Below are positions 13,376 through 25,732 of a stretch of 64,000 nucleotides of DNA, piece after piece. The DNA lies in NCBI GenBank assembly GCA_030390025.1, contig CM059433.1, positions 17,672,001 to 17,736,000 of the forward strand, read 5' to 3'. Position 1 is the stretch's first letter, and each line of letters starts with the position of its first letter. The notes below the pieces were generated by a model. The model did no database searches. It saw only the letters and a program-made list of their open reading frames with translations, and was not told the DNA's origin. A program made the translations under genes and the position numbers. The stretch is from Squalus acanthias. Lineage: Eukaryota.

Positions 13376-15751
13376 TTTCTGGTAGTAATATGATTGGTGG
13401 AAGGTAGCATGTCGAACTGTGAACCTTCAGATTGTTCACAGGGAATACCAGAAGGATCAGTGATGTTTCTTAATAGTAGAGTATCAGGCTGAGAAATACA
13501 TTGATCAGTAGCTGCAAGGAGCTCACAGTCTTCCAATGAGACACTAGAAGAAATGTGACCAGGGCTGAACAGCATTCGGCTGTTGTCATGAGTTCCAACG
13601 TTGTTCTTTGCAGCTCTGCAGTGCCCTCATTGTGCCACTGTAGTGAACATCTCCTCATGGGTAACACTGCTCTGTCTCAGCACATATGTATCTCTATAAG
13701 ATGAAAAAAAACTTTGCTTGTGGCTCACAGTATTTTTTCACTAAGACTATCAAAGCGTTGGGATGTTTTACTACGTTAAGGGAGCTATATAAATGTAAGT
13801 TGTTGTTGTTGTTGCAACTGCAAGCTTTCTTGGAGAGTAGACTCCACGTCAGACTAAACAACACTTGGATCCCTCAGACACAGCCATTTTGTCTTCTGTC
13901 ACCCATTCCAGACATTTCAAGCCAAAAACATTCCAAGATATTCCTCAGGTAGTGTCAACCCTTGGATCCCATGTAGCCCAACACCATCATTTTGTCTATC
14001 TTTGATGAAAAGCTAGATTTTTCTTGACTTTCTTCTCTACAATATGCATTCTGTCACTGGCATCCTGCCACCTTCTGTGGAAAGTGGGCATGGCTTTGTC
14101 TCGGCTTTGCTTTCTTGTATGTGGATTGGGTTGTGTGCCAGAACCAAATATTGCTGTCCCCCCTGGCCAGTACCTTTTGCACAATCACATTTACCACTGC
14201 ATCATCAAAATGTGACATTGTAGTCAACTTTTCCATACGAGGTCTAAGGTTTCCATTCAGCACATCTGTATGAGCAAAAAGTCCATTTCGTACAGGGGTC
14301 AGGAGGCTAATTTTGTTCTTGGGAAGGTGCCAAACTCTGAAAAAACTCTGTGATTGATTGAAAATGATTCATTAAACCTGACAAAGATTAGGCCGCATTG
14401 GGAAGCTTTAACATCCCCACCTGTTCATAAGTCCTTTCAATTTGATGATAAGCAGAGGTTCAACGTTCTGACATTCAGCATTTCACTCCCTTCAACTAGT
14501 AATTTGCCACAGATTTGGTTTTCATTTATAGCTCCATTATGCTGAAAATATTAACACATTTTAAAATTTGGACATTGCTGATAAGTTCTGAGTTTAGCAA
14601 CTAACTTCCAATGCTAAACTCACAAGTTAGCATTTCTGTATAATGTGCAAGACGCAATAGCTGGGAGTTCTCATTTGCAGGGTTCTCTCCCCCACTCTTG
14701 GTTTTGACCTTGGCCAGTTGCTTTCTCTAACCCCTTCCTTCTGTTCCACTTCTAGACAGTTAAGATTCAATATTTTGGCCAAATGCATACAGAATTTATG
14801 TCGCAGTGAAGCTGAACTGGATTCAGCTGTTGAGTGAACCCGGTGATGTAATCATTGTCCGAGCTGGTGTTTTCTAAGTGTTGCAGGAAACCGACTCTTC
14901 AGTTTGTCGGCTTCATATGAATTAATCATTTTTCCAGTCTTGAGCTAGAATCTGTAGTTACGAATACAGTGGGCATCGGATAGTAGACTCCATGTCAGGT
15001 GTAACTCAGAACATTGAAGAGCAAATCCAGCATCCCCACCTATTACAAATCCGAGGGAAATATGACTCTGTGCATAGCTTTTAGCAATATGGATGCAATA
15101 CTAAACTCACATTTTTAAAACATTTGCAAATGCAATGAATCACAAAAGACTGACATGATTCAAACCTAATATTTTACGAGCTATTACTGTGGTTGTTGCA
15201 GTAATTAGAAGAGTAGCAGGACGCAAAATAGCTCCAATGGTCACAGCTGAACAAATTATACAAATTTGAGTCCAGGGACAACAAATCTCACAGCCTGTTT
15301 ATCCATGTATCGTAAAAGGAGAACCTGCAGCATCTGGTGGTATCTACCATTATATTTTGGGTACCGAGAGAAAAGTACAGCCAGCGCTACCCTGGTGACA
15401 TGCCAGGTGTTGATTATGTCGCAGGAGGTCGATCTAGGGTTGGCAACTCTGGCTGGATGTTTTCCAGGAAGTTACATCCCGCACTTCAAGCAACTTATGA
15501 CGTAAGAAAACTACTAGGCACTTTGTCTTAGCGTTAAGCAAAGCTTTAATCAACTGTTTTTTAACATGGAGATCTAGTTGTGTCCTTCACTAGTTCCTGT
15601 TGAGGAATGTCCTAAGCAAGCTGGGCCCATGCCCGAGTATTTATACTCTCCCTGGACAGCGCCACCAGCAGGCCGCCCAGTATTACTTCATACATGAATG
15701 ACAAGATTCAAGCAACTTATACTTCAGAAAATTTGTGCCTCTAAAATTCAT

Positions 15752-17191
15752 GGGCCACAAATTGCGGTCGGCGGTGTACCTCCGGAGTACGCCGCCAACC
15801 TGCGGAAAGAATACGCACCTAGCTGATGGCGGCCCTCCTGCGTAAACCTGCGCTCTGACGCTGCGAGTAGGAGGGCAGCGTAACGGCCCGCGGATCCCAG
15901 GGGCGCGGCCTGTGCGGGAGCGTACCTGGAATCACGTGGGCCCGGTCCTCCAATCAGAAAACAGATTGTCTTTCATTCATTTAAATTACTGCGATACTTC
16001 ATTACCGCAGCCGTTAAAATACGATCAGATTTAGCTTTTATCGTGGGAATCCAATTCATTACTCATGATTCCCATTCCTGAACAAATACTGTGCAGAAAG
16101 TTATGAAATAGTTTTTTAAAACCAGCAGCTTTAACATACACTAGGATTGCAATTTCTCATTAAAGCGGCTAAAGGAAGGCAAGGACTGCTGGATCCAGCA
16201 CGTAAGTGCCTTTCCACTTACCTGCTGGATCCAGCGTTCCTGCCTCACCAGCTCCCCGTGATCAAACACACCCGATCCCCCCCCCCCTCGGTCTCCAGTC
16301 TCCCCCCCCCCGAGGTCTCCAATCCCCCCCTCGGCCTCCAATCTCCCCCCACCCCCCCCCGAGGCCTCTGACGCCCCCCCCCCCCCATCCGGCCTTCTGA
16401 CTCCACCACCCCCCCCCCCTCCATTCCAGCCTTCCAACCCCCCACCCTCCCCCATGACGATCCCTGGCCCCAACCCCCTCCAATGATCCCGTCCCTGACC
16501 CCCTCCGATGATCCCGTCCCCGACCCCCTCCGATGATCCCGTCCCCGACCCCCTCCGATGATCCCGTCCCTGACCCCCTCCGACGATCCCTGGCCCCGAT
16601 CCCGTCCGACAATCCCTGGCCCCGACCCCCTCCGACAATCCCTGGCCCCGATCCCCTCTGACTATCCCCGGCCCCGACCCCCTCCGACAATCCCTGGCCC
16701 CGATCCCCTCCGACAATCCCTGGCCCCGATCCCGTCCGACAATCCCTGGCCCCGACCCCCTCCGACAATCCCTGGCCCCGATCCCCTCCGACAATCCCTG
16801 GCCCCGACCCCCTCCGACAATCCCTGGCCCCGATCCCGTCCGACAATCCCTGGCCCCGATCCCGTCCGACAATCCCTGGCCCCGATCCCGTCCGACAATC
16901 CCTGGCTCCGACCCCCTCTGACTATCCCCGGCCCCGGCCCCGATCCCCTCCGCCGATCCCTGGCCCCTCCCCCCTCCGATGATCCTGGCCTTCCTCCTCT
17001 CTGCCTACCCGCCTGACAGCCAGACAGCCTCTCAATCCGGCTGGCTACGGGCGGGAAACAGATGAAAAATTTTTAATCAGGCTGTGCCATTAAATTCGGC
17101 AGGGCCTGAGGGAAACAAGTTCTCCCGGGTTTCCCGTCCACATTCCAGCCCCGCCTCGTTCCCTACCTGCCTCCAAGATAAAACTCCGGCC
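15752..17191. mobile_element. Harbinger-type MITE (possibly composite) containing a minisatellite
   Basis: Begins GGGCCACAAATTG and ends TAAAACTCCGGCC. GC-rich subtermini. Flanks CAT/TAT are an imperfect TSD. Confidence 0.55.
16457..16990. repeat. 25-26 bp C-rich minisatellite (CCGACAATCCCTGGCCCCGAYCCCST), about 20 units
   Basis: Tandem units visible directly. Overlapping ORFs show 26-aa periodicity (three 26-nt units). Confidence 0.95.
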
Positions 17192-17529
17192 TATGATTCT
17201 AGATACCGAGTCCTGATTTTAAAAATAAACTGCAACACCACTCGAACAAATAATTCAAGAGCAGTCTCTCCCCAATCTTTTAGTTACAGACCCTGCTACT
17301 GAATACAGTGTGGAGCAGCATTTTTGGACAAGCAGTCCCTGGAATTACTGTAACGAACTACTCGCAGCTCCTGCGCGCTCCACTCCACTCAATCAATCTC
17401 CCGTTAAATAGACGTCATGTGCTCTGCGGCCGGTGTGCACTGTGTGCTTCTGGCTTGGTCAGCTCACAGTTACTATACCATCCCTCGCACTGGAAGAAGA
17501 TTGCTGGCAGAATGTTAACGAGCGAGAGC

Positions 17530-17636
17530 TAGGGTTGCCAACTGTGCGCTGATTTTTTTTTTCCCGGATTGCTTGCAGCAGTGCCCGGGAGATCAGTCTT
17601 TAATTCCTGGATACTCCAGGAAGGTTAACAACCCTA
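17530..17636. mobile_element. Short hAT-like MITE (TAGGGTTGCCAAC terminus)
   Basis: TAGGGTTGCCAAC ... GTTAACAACCCTA. Related single ends at ~15434 and ~63885. Confidence 0.55.
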
Positions 17637-18263
17637 GGTGGATAGTATCGGTTGCTAGGCATTCTCATTGCCTCCACAGCATTAGGCCTCGCCCTCCTCA
17701 GTGATCTCTGAATGGTTTGAGGCCTTTGAACAGCCTACAGTACTGCTTTAGGCCCACTTCTAGGCCTGGCTGTAACTGGGGCCTCTGGCTCCAACCTTTG
17801 ACCACTGAGCGTTGCAGCAGTTTAAATCTGTCTGTCGACCTGCGGCCATCCATAAGTATTTTACCAGGCTTGACCATTGCTTTGCTCTACCTTGTGCACT
17901 GCAGTTTGGCCTCTAACCTTCCTTGGTCTTTGCTGTGCCTACTTTAAACCTGAGATCATAATAAAACCCCTGGTCACTAATCGATTGATAGCCTTACTTC
18001 ACACTGGCTGACCTGTCTCTTTTGCCCAAGCTTCAGGCCTTGCCTGCTATGAGCAACCATTAGGGAAAAGGAAGGTCCAAACACAAACGTCAGTGTGCAT
18101 ATTTGTCCACTGGTTGTAATGGGTCCTGCGGTGCTCAGAGGTGAGGTGTCAATGTTGCGGTAAAATATCTGGTGGATTTATGATCAAAAAGTCACAAAGC
18201 TGTTTAAACACCGGGAGGTGTATTTACTTTTAAGGGCAAACTCAGTTACTTGTTACAATAAAT

Positions 18264-18894
18264 GGGGTAGACTTTCATGTATGTTACACGTCGGGGGGGC
18301 AGCGGGCAAAACGATTGGGATGCCCGCCTGATGGTACCAGCGAGAGCCCTGAACCATTTTCATGGTCGGGCCTCATTTTAATATTCACGGCTGACTGGCA
18401 GCTCACCGACTTGGGGCAGGTGTGGGGAATCCGGGGGGCTCCTCTGCGGAAACGAGCTGGCAATTTCAAATTAAAGAGGGAGAGGCAGTCCCGAGGGCGT
18501 TGGGCATTGGACGGGTCCATTTTTGTAGGGTCAGGAAGAGCATTACTGCTCCTCCCGGCCCCACACAATCACTAAAAAAAACCTGCCTGTCCCATTTTTA
18601 GAGTGGCTTCCAGCACTCCCCTTTAAGGAGCGCTGATTAAGCCGCTCTATATCCAGTACCACCGGTACTCAAAAATTGCATTGGGGCTTCTACTGAAGTC
18701 ATAGGGCACCAATTTACACTGTACAATGAGGCTCCTGCCTATTTCCACCAGGAGCCTTTGCCACTTATCTGAAGGCCCCAGTCAAAATGGCGGTGGACAG
18801 TATGTCAGCTGGACTGGAGTAGTAAGTTATTCACTCCAATTTTGAGAGTGCTACCACCCTTTTCCCCCCTAAAAATGGGAATGAAAATCAGGCC
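18264..18894. mobile_element. Harbinger-type MITE
   Basis: Termini GGGGTAGACTTTCA / TGAAAATCAGGCC, flanks AAT/AAC, internal similarity to 46810-47575. Confidence 0.6.
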
Positions 18895-19059
18895 AACGAG
18901 TGACTTTCACTCCAAATGGGTGAGAGTTGTTGGGCCCAGGTGCTCTTTTACTTTTTCCTAGGAAACATCATGAATTGTTCATACATGTTTACAGCTTTGG
19001 ACAGAGCAGTGTCTTGTGTTTAACAACAACAACAACTTGCATTTATATAGTGCCTTTAA

Positions 19060-19192
19060 TTTTTTATTTTTTTTTCGCTTTATGGGATGTGGGCGTCGCT
19101 GGCAAGGCCAGCATTTATTGCCCATCCCTAATTGCCCTCGAGAAGGTGGTGGTGAGCCGCCTTCTTGAACCGCTGCAGTCCGTGTGGTGAAT
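19060..19192 (-). mobile_element. 3' end of the 11405-13375 LINE family, nested in an L2-type tail (19020-19225)
   Basis: CATTTATTGCCCATCCCTAATTGCCCTCGAGAAGGTGGTGGTGAGCCGCC...CCGTGTGGTGAA matches 11450-11531. Confidence 0.85.
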
Positions 19193-20556
19193 GCAGTAAA
19201 ACATCTCAAGGCGCTTCACAGGAGTGTTCGCAAGCAAAAGCTGTTCCAACGTTGAAATTCCGGACATTAAGACAGATTTTCTCAATTTCATTCTGTCGCC
19301 ACTTGCGTTTGCAATCTTAGACTTCACTCTGACCTACTACAATGTTTCCATTTCTCATGCAACAGCCCACTGCTCACTGGATCCCTTAAACAGCAAAGGC
19401 CACATGGTGCACTGACACCATGTAGCTCCCAGCAGAAAGAGTGAAGCATAAAAATTGCGGCGTGAATCACCCGATAGTAGGTTTTAAACATTGCTATCAA
19501 ACGGTGAGTCATAAAAGTGTTGCTGTCCTGTATCATGTTTTGAGACTGAGAATTTATTTGAACCTCAAAAAAAAAGGCAACGAAGCCATGCCGTAAGGAA
19601 CTTTACAGCGACTGAAGCTTAATCAGCTATTGAATGGAAAAGCAGGATCCTCGGCCTGCAGTCAGGGGGAATGGGGGAGTACTGCTGTCGTAGATCTACT
19701 GTTGTGATCCAGTCACTTTATCATTGTGAATAACAGTTTCCACGCCACAGGGGAGGACAATAGCACAAGCAGTAGCTGAGTACGAATAAGATCGAGGCCG
19801 CAAACAATATTTCAGCACACCGTGAATCCCTACGCAAGCGCTTTCTCTGATATAAGACATATTATTGCGCAATCTCTTTAGGAGTATTCCAAAGTTGGGT
19901 ATCTCATGCAGCGATACAGCGAGGCCAGCGTGAGATTTGAAATGTCACGCTGGAGTCGCAGTAAGTGCCTTTAAGAATCTGAAACTAAAACATATTGTTT
20001 AGGACAATGTTTTTGCATCTGTGCCGATGGCATAACAAAGCTGGAAGGGCCCAACACACACACACACACACGACTCAATAGGCCAGGCAGCATCTGTGGA
20101 GAGCAAAAATTGTAGTGTTCAGCAGATCTTTAAAAAGAATGGATATCGTGTGAAGTTGTACACCCACATGTATTAGCTGTGATTAAAACTGCTTGAATAT
20201 CATTGTGTCCTATCAATGAGATGATCATTAGTACATTGGGTTATCAGCACTAAAAATCCAGAGATTGGTGTTTTCCAGAGGCAGTGATAACCATTGCGGC
20301 TATTTACTTGAGATTTTTTTTCTTCCCCCTTAATGTGCCTTTGTTATTTTTGTCGTGTAATTACTTTCACTGTGATAACGTCAATGGCTGTGAGTGAGTC
20401 AGCGTACATAAAAATAAATAACAAAGAGCAAGAGGAAGATTAACTGCTTAGGGCTAGAACTACAGAGGATTGAGCTGGAGGTTAAATATTGAGAAATAAA
20501 TACTGGAACAGTATCAATAGATCCATTTAAAAAAAAACAAGATCATGTGTAAAAGC

Positions 20557-20653
20557 CATTGTAACTCTACCTGACGAAGGGGCAACAGCTCCGAAAGCTT
20601 GTAATTTTAAATAAATCTGTTGGACTATAACCTGGTGTTGTGCGACTTCTCAT
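20557..20653 (+). mobile_element. ~97-bp Penelope-like family 2 mini-insertion with 12-bp TSD
   Basis: ATGTGTAAAAGC at 20545-20556 and 20654-20665. Interior matches 24800-24884. Confidence 0.85.
20568..20603 (+). ncRNA. Minimal type I hammerhead ribozyme motif
   Basis: TAC-CTGACGA-A-GGGGC-AACA-GCTCC-GAA-AGCT-T-GTA: CUGANGA and GAAA boxes, stem I TAC/GTA, 5-bp stem II, palindromic AGCT stem III. Confidence 0.75.
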
Positions 20654-21494
20654 ATGTGTAAAAGCAACTAAGGGCTATGAAATGCAACTGTAAAATTCAT
20701 GCTTGTGCTGGAAATTAACGTGCGAGAGGCAGACAGAGATAAGAAAAAGGCCACAGACATAAACAAAAATAAGATTCTGTACAGTTTACTTGGACAGAAA
20801 TTAGGAAGTAGCAAGCAATGTCGTTCTGTGGCTTATTGCACTCAGATGGTAGCCTGAGGCCTTGGGCCTAATGCCCTAACCAATCTTTTCGTCTTCAGTC
20901 AATTGAATTAAAATGAAAGCTGAAGTTTTGTAATACATCGTCGCAGTGGCGTGTGCAGGCTAACATTATGTGAACAAGGAATGAGAAACTCTATTCAGCC
21001 AATAAAACCCATTGCTTTATATATCATGCACCACCTGTGCTGTCCTGGGTTCTGTTCTAAATTAATATTTAAAGGGAAAGTTCTGCAAAATTTCTCCCGA
21101 CATCCAAAAATAATTCGACAAACGTTCAGAATACCGATCTACCTTAGATGAATCATTTGAAACTGGTTGCCTTCCTTGCCACGACACTTCCAAGATCCCA
21201 GTTGCTTAGGAACCATCGTGTTCCATGGAAGATTTGACCACATCACTCTCTTCTGATCCTTGAAGGTTTAATCCTGCTCCTAACTAGAGATTTATCCAGC
21301 TCTTCTTTTTATTCAGGAGAATTAATTGACGCTGCATGCAATGGCGTTTGTTGGCAGTCTGTTTCACGCGTCCATTGTTCTGTGGGGTTGGCGATGGGGG
21401 GGAGAAATACTCTTCAACTTTGTCTTGCTTGAGACTGTTTTCATTTTGTACTCGTGTCCTTTACTTCAGTCTTGCTGTCTGAAACATTCCTGAT

Positions 21495-22178
21495 TGGGGG
21501 TACTAGAAGAGGGGGACCTGGGGGTGTTTGTGCACAAATCTTTGAAGGTGGCAGGCCAGGTTAACAAAGCAGTTGATAAAGCCTATGGGATCTTGGGCTT
21601 TATAAAGGCACAGAGTACAAAAGCCAGGAAGTTACGCTAAACCGTTATAAAACACTGGTTCGGCTCCAGCTGGAGTATTGTGTCCAATTCTGGGCACCAC
21701 ACTTTAGGAAGGGTGTGAAGGCTTTGGGAGGGTACAGAAGATATTTACTAGAATGGTTCCAGGGATGAGGGATTACTGTTACATGGATAGACTGGAGAAG
21801 TTGGGGTTGTTCTCCTGAGAGCAGAGAAGGCTAAGAGGAGATTTGATAGAGTGCTTAAAATCACGAAGGGTTTAGATAGAGTAAATAAAGAGAATCTGTT
21901 TCCAATGGCTGAAGGGCCAATAACCAAAGGGCACAGATTTAAGGTGCTTTTTTACGTAGTGAGTGGTTGGGATTTGGAACGCACTGCCTGATAGGGCGGT
22001 GGAAACAGATTCAATAGTAGCCTTCAAAAGGGAATTGGATAAATACTTGAAGGAGAAAAAATTGCAGGAATATGGGGAAAGAGCAGGGAAGAACTGGGTT
22101 GCTCTTCGAACAAGCCAGCGCAGACTCGATGGACTGAATGGCCTCCTTCTGTGCTGTACTGATCTATGATTCTATGAT
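21495..22178 (+). mobile_element. CR1 LINE 3' fragment
   Basis: Homologous to the RC of 1848-2560. ORF 21963 (GIWNALP...AFKRELDKYL). GATTCTAT tail. Confidence 0.9.
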
Positions 22179-23119
22179 CAGATCATCAGATACTGAAGTA
22201 TTGACAAAAAAAAACACTGGTTATTTGTTCCCAATTCAGTGACATTGGGACTGCCGCACAACGCACTGGTAGTGTACTGACCTGATGTTGACTGAGTTTG
22301 TGAGATTGGGTCATTGAAATGATTGGAATACACCCCCTGTTCACATTGGTCCAGGCTCAAGGAGCTTGCTGATGTCGGGGGCAGGCTTTCCAGAGCAACA
22401 CAGCAGCCTTCAAGGGATATGGGCACAAATTTGAATGATGCAGTCAATGGTAAATCAGAACAAATACCAGAACACAGACATTACAAATTGATCAGTCCAC
22501 TTATTTTGTTGAGCTCCTTGGCAAAATGAAAATGGGAATCTCAAACGTGATCTGCAGACTGTATAAACATTTACTGAACCTATTTTTGATGTTGGTGGAT
22601 TTCCTTGTTGATTGTAGGTGTGAGACGATTCCCATTGGTCAGACCTTTCCCAACACTTAAGTACTAAATATATCCTTTGTGTTAATTACAGTTACAGTTA
22701 CAAGACCATTTTCAATAGGTAAATCTTAGATGCTTTACCGATATTGGTAAAGATAACTTCATGAGGCTACTCTTCTGAGTATGTACAGCCAGCAGATGAG
22801 GCTCATCAGCAGCAACATAGTCAGAAAATCAGTCCTCGTCAGACTGTAGTATTTGTTAATTTGAATGTCACAATTGTGAAATATCTGTAAATCTACTTTA
22901 TGCTTAGTCTTGCATTACATTTTCTTATGCCCCAAGCAATAGCATGTATGCTTGGCTTAAGCATGTCTTTCTGTCTGTCTATCTCTTTTTCTATAGCACA
23001 ATCGCATTAGTGCAATCTCTTTTGCACAAATGTATTGCGTAACATGCAAACAGTGTCTGCTGTTCTTTGACTTGGCTCCACCACAAGATGATTTGCAGTA
23101 TGTGCCATCATCACAACAT

Positions 23120-23236
23120 AAAAGCGGATGCTGGAAATCTGAAATAAAAACAGAAAATGCTGGAAATACTCAGCAGGTCAGGCAGCGTCTGTGGCGAGAG
23201 AAACAGAGTTATCGTTTCAGGTTGATGACCTTTCAT
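23120..23236 (-). mobile_element. Penelope-like family 1 terminus, truncated inside the hammerhead
   Basis: ...GAGAGAAACAGAGTTATCGTTTCAGGTTGATGACCTTTC matches 44915-44958. Confidence 0.8.
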
Positions 23237-23439
23237 GTGTCATCGTCATCTCGTTTCGGGATGCAACAGCCCGAAGCACCTGTAACTCACGTACAGCACC
23301 TCAGAACAACATGCCATTGGACAACCATTTTTAATTTTCCTGCTCACAGATGTAATAATATGTTAACAGTTTTTTTTCTCAATGATTTTGTTTTTCTCAT
23401 CCTCTACTCTTCTGAAGTATTTGAATTGTTGCTTGCATA

Positions 23440-23980
23440 TCTTCCCGTGGCCGGCAGGTGCTGTCAAGTACCTTGTCCAAATGGCTTGAGTATTAGATGG
23501 CCTGATCAAGGAGCCTTAGGCAACAATGAAGCTGAAGTCCAAGTAGAGGATACAGAACAAAATTAAGAAAAGTTGAAGTGGGGCAAGATTCCTTTTCTCG
23601 CCACTGGGTAAGGTACGTGTGAAATAGCCTTCCAATAAATGCAGTTAATGGTGTGTCAGTTATTCACGTGTGAGCTTTCAAAGTGCGTGTTGGGAGGCTA
23701 TTTGCCCATAGGGGACATCACAGCGGAGTCTTCTCCTGTCCTCACTTGACATTTGCACATGCAAACTTTCAACAGACATTGTTGGATAGCTACCGTGAGT
23801 TGGAATCCTGGCTTATTTTCCCCTCCCTGAACCCTGGAAGGCTAGTGTAGTACTTCTGCCACCAGCTTGACTGAGATCAGTTATCACAGCACAGACAAAG
23901 GATTCAATCTGTGATCATTCTGGACTGTATGGCTTAACTACTTACTGGATAAACTTAGTGAACCATGGAGGGAGCCTTGC
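23440..23980 (-). mobile_element. Old tRNA-headed SINE-like repeat, family unassigned
   Basis: Diverged similarity to 50570-51200(+) and 44108-44310(+). Confidence 0.45.
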
Positions 23981-24628
23981 TTACAAATGTTTAAGCAATG
24001 ATGTGAATAGCCAACTTATCAGTCATGATGGGCATCAGCTCTGATGCACAAACCCTAACTACAACTCAATAAATCTATGGAATGGCTGGTTTTCTTTCTC
24101 TTGTTGGGTGATGAGCCCCACTTGCCCCAAATTACAAATCATTTTAGGTATGAACATTTATGCAAATTCTAGGCTTTAAAAATAACTAACAATGCCACCC
24201 CTTGCCTCCAAACGCCCCCCCCCCCCCCCCCCGCCCCCAATAATTGCACCCTTCATGGAATATTTTCTCAACGATACGAAATGAATTTGATGCAGTTTGG
24301 CTCAGTTGGTAGCATTCATGAGTTAGAACATTGTGGGTAGTGGCTCCACTCCAGGACTTAAGCACATAATTTCAGGCCGACAGTCCAGCACAGCACTGGA
24401 AGAACGCTGAATGGTCAGAGGTTTTGTTCTTTGGATGAGACAGTGAACTGAAGCCCTGTCTGCGTGTGGACATGGTATGATTGGAACAAAAGCAGGGATT
24501 TTTCCCAGTGTTCTGGCCAGCATTCCTCCCTCAGCCAACGCTGCCAAAAAGCTAATTAACTGGTCACTCATCTCATTTCTGAGAAGTCGCACAACACCAG
24601 GTTATAGTCCAACAGTTTTATTTGAAAT

Positions 24629-24663
24629 CACAAGCTTTCGGAGCGCTGCTCCTTCGTCAGGTG
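24629..24663 (-). ncRNA. Minimal hammerhead ribozyme motif (family 2, intact)
   Basis: RC reads CAC-CTGACGA-A-GGAGC-AGC-GCTCC-GAA-AGCT-T-GTG. Confidence 0.78.
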
Positions 24664-24801
24664 AAGTGAAGAGATGTATATCGGCACAGCATATATAGTC
24701 AGAGAACAATGCCAGACGACTACAGTTAATCTTTCTAACTGCCCTTTATCTGGCAGTGTTCTCTGACTATATATGCTGTGCCGATATACATCTCTTCACT
24801 T

Positions 24802-24836
24802 CACCTGACGAAGGAGCAGCGCTCCGAAAACTTGCG
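24802..24836 (+). ncRNA. Minimal hammerhead ribozyme motif (family 2, mutated)
   Basis: CAC-CTGACGA-A-GGAGC-AGC-GCTCC-GAA-AACT-T-GCG. The stem III palindrome and one stem I pair are broken. Confidence 0.6.
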
Positions 24837-25732
24837 ATTTCAAATAAAACTGTTGGACTATAACCTGGTGTTGTGCGACTTCTCACATTTGTCCACCCCA
24901 GTCCAACACCGGCATCTCCACATCATCTCATTTCTGTTTGTGGAATTTTGCTGTGTACAGAACAGCTTCTGTGTTCACCTACATAACAACAGACACTGAA
25001 GTTTAATAATGTAACATGAAGCACTTTGAGATGTTCTGGAAACACGATAAAGAGTTATATAACTGCAAGCCTATCCTTTCTTTTATTCATTTTTTTTTAT
25101 CAGGGCGAGGATGAGAAGGGCTCAAATAGTAGTCGCAGGGACATGGAGTTGCAAAAGGCTTCATTACTTTTTATCCTATAGTTATATTCCATTTTTAACT
25201 GGGCAAGCTACTATATAAGGTTCTGTTTAAGAAGTGTAGTTGTTACACTTTACTGAGCTTGATTTTACCGTGAGGATTTCCTGCCAGCAGTTGCTGGTAT
25301 TTTAACTTCAGCCCTGTCTCACTCAGGGCACAATTCCAGCTACATCAGTGAAGCGAAGGACTGTTTCAACATATATAAATATTCTAGGTTTAATAGGCAC
25401 TGTCTCTACTGGCAATTCCAAAAAGATAGGAAATCATCCATGGGGACAATAATTCAGCTGAACCACACCAATTACCCAATTCCACTCATACAAACAATGA
25501 GACCAGTAGGCACTGTGTTAACTGAATTGAGAACATTGTTTAGTTGGTAGACAGCAAATCAAATTATTGGAAAGTCAAACAGTAATGTCGACTGCCCCTG
25601 GAAGTCTGAGTTTACAAGCTATTTACAATTTGGGGAGGGCAGAGTGAGGCACTTGGCTTCTTCGAGCTGAAAAGAGGATCCCTTTACTGCACCATATTTT
25701 ACTTCTGGAGACTGCACTCCTTTTAATGTAAT

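Larger units (their letters stand above)
24582..24922. mobile_element. Penelope-like family 2 inverted (hairpin) insertion, 14-bp TSD
   Basis: Arms ~24580-24716 / 24750-24884 are reverse complements, followed by a ~40-nt unpaired tail. TCATCTCATTTCTG at 24568-24581 and 24923-24936. Confidence 0.88.
24290..25082 (+). mobile_element. Diverged DeuSINE (SacSINE1-like), interrupted by a Penelope-like insertion
   Basis: tRNA-like head TGGCTCAGTTGGTAGC. Body and tail are colinear with 31507-31978. Confidence 0.8.

Noticed and set aside
13380..14330. Minus-strand ORFs 13291..13575 and 14054..14263 as host exons or DIRS remnants
   Set aside because: No convincing motif or splice structure. Needs BLASTX.
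14577..14632. Small hairpins here and at ~8349-8409 and ~19926-19954 as pre-miRNAs
   Set aside because: Short or imperfect stems with no recognised mature miRNA. Palindromic TE relics are common in this window.
16141..17016. Long Gly/Arg- and Pro-rich ORFs (243, 194, 152 aa); also considered as a CRISPR-like array
   Set aside because: They are translations of a 26-bp minisatellite. Units are contiguous with no unique spacers.
23030..23566. 178-aa ORF
   Set aside because: Runs across a Penelope terminus and an old SINE, with no domain signature.
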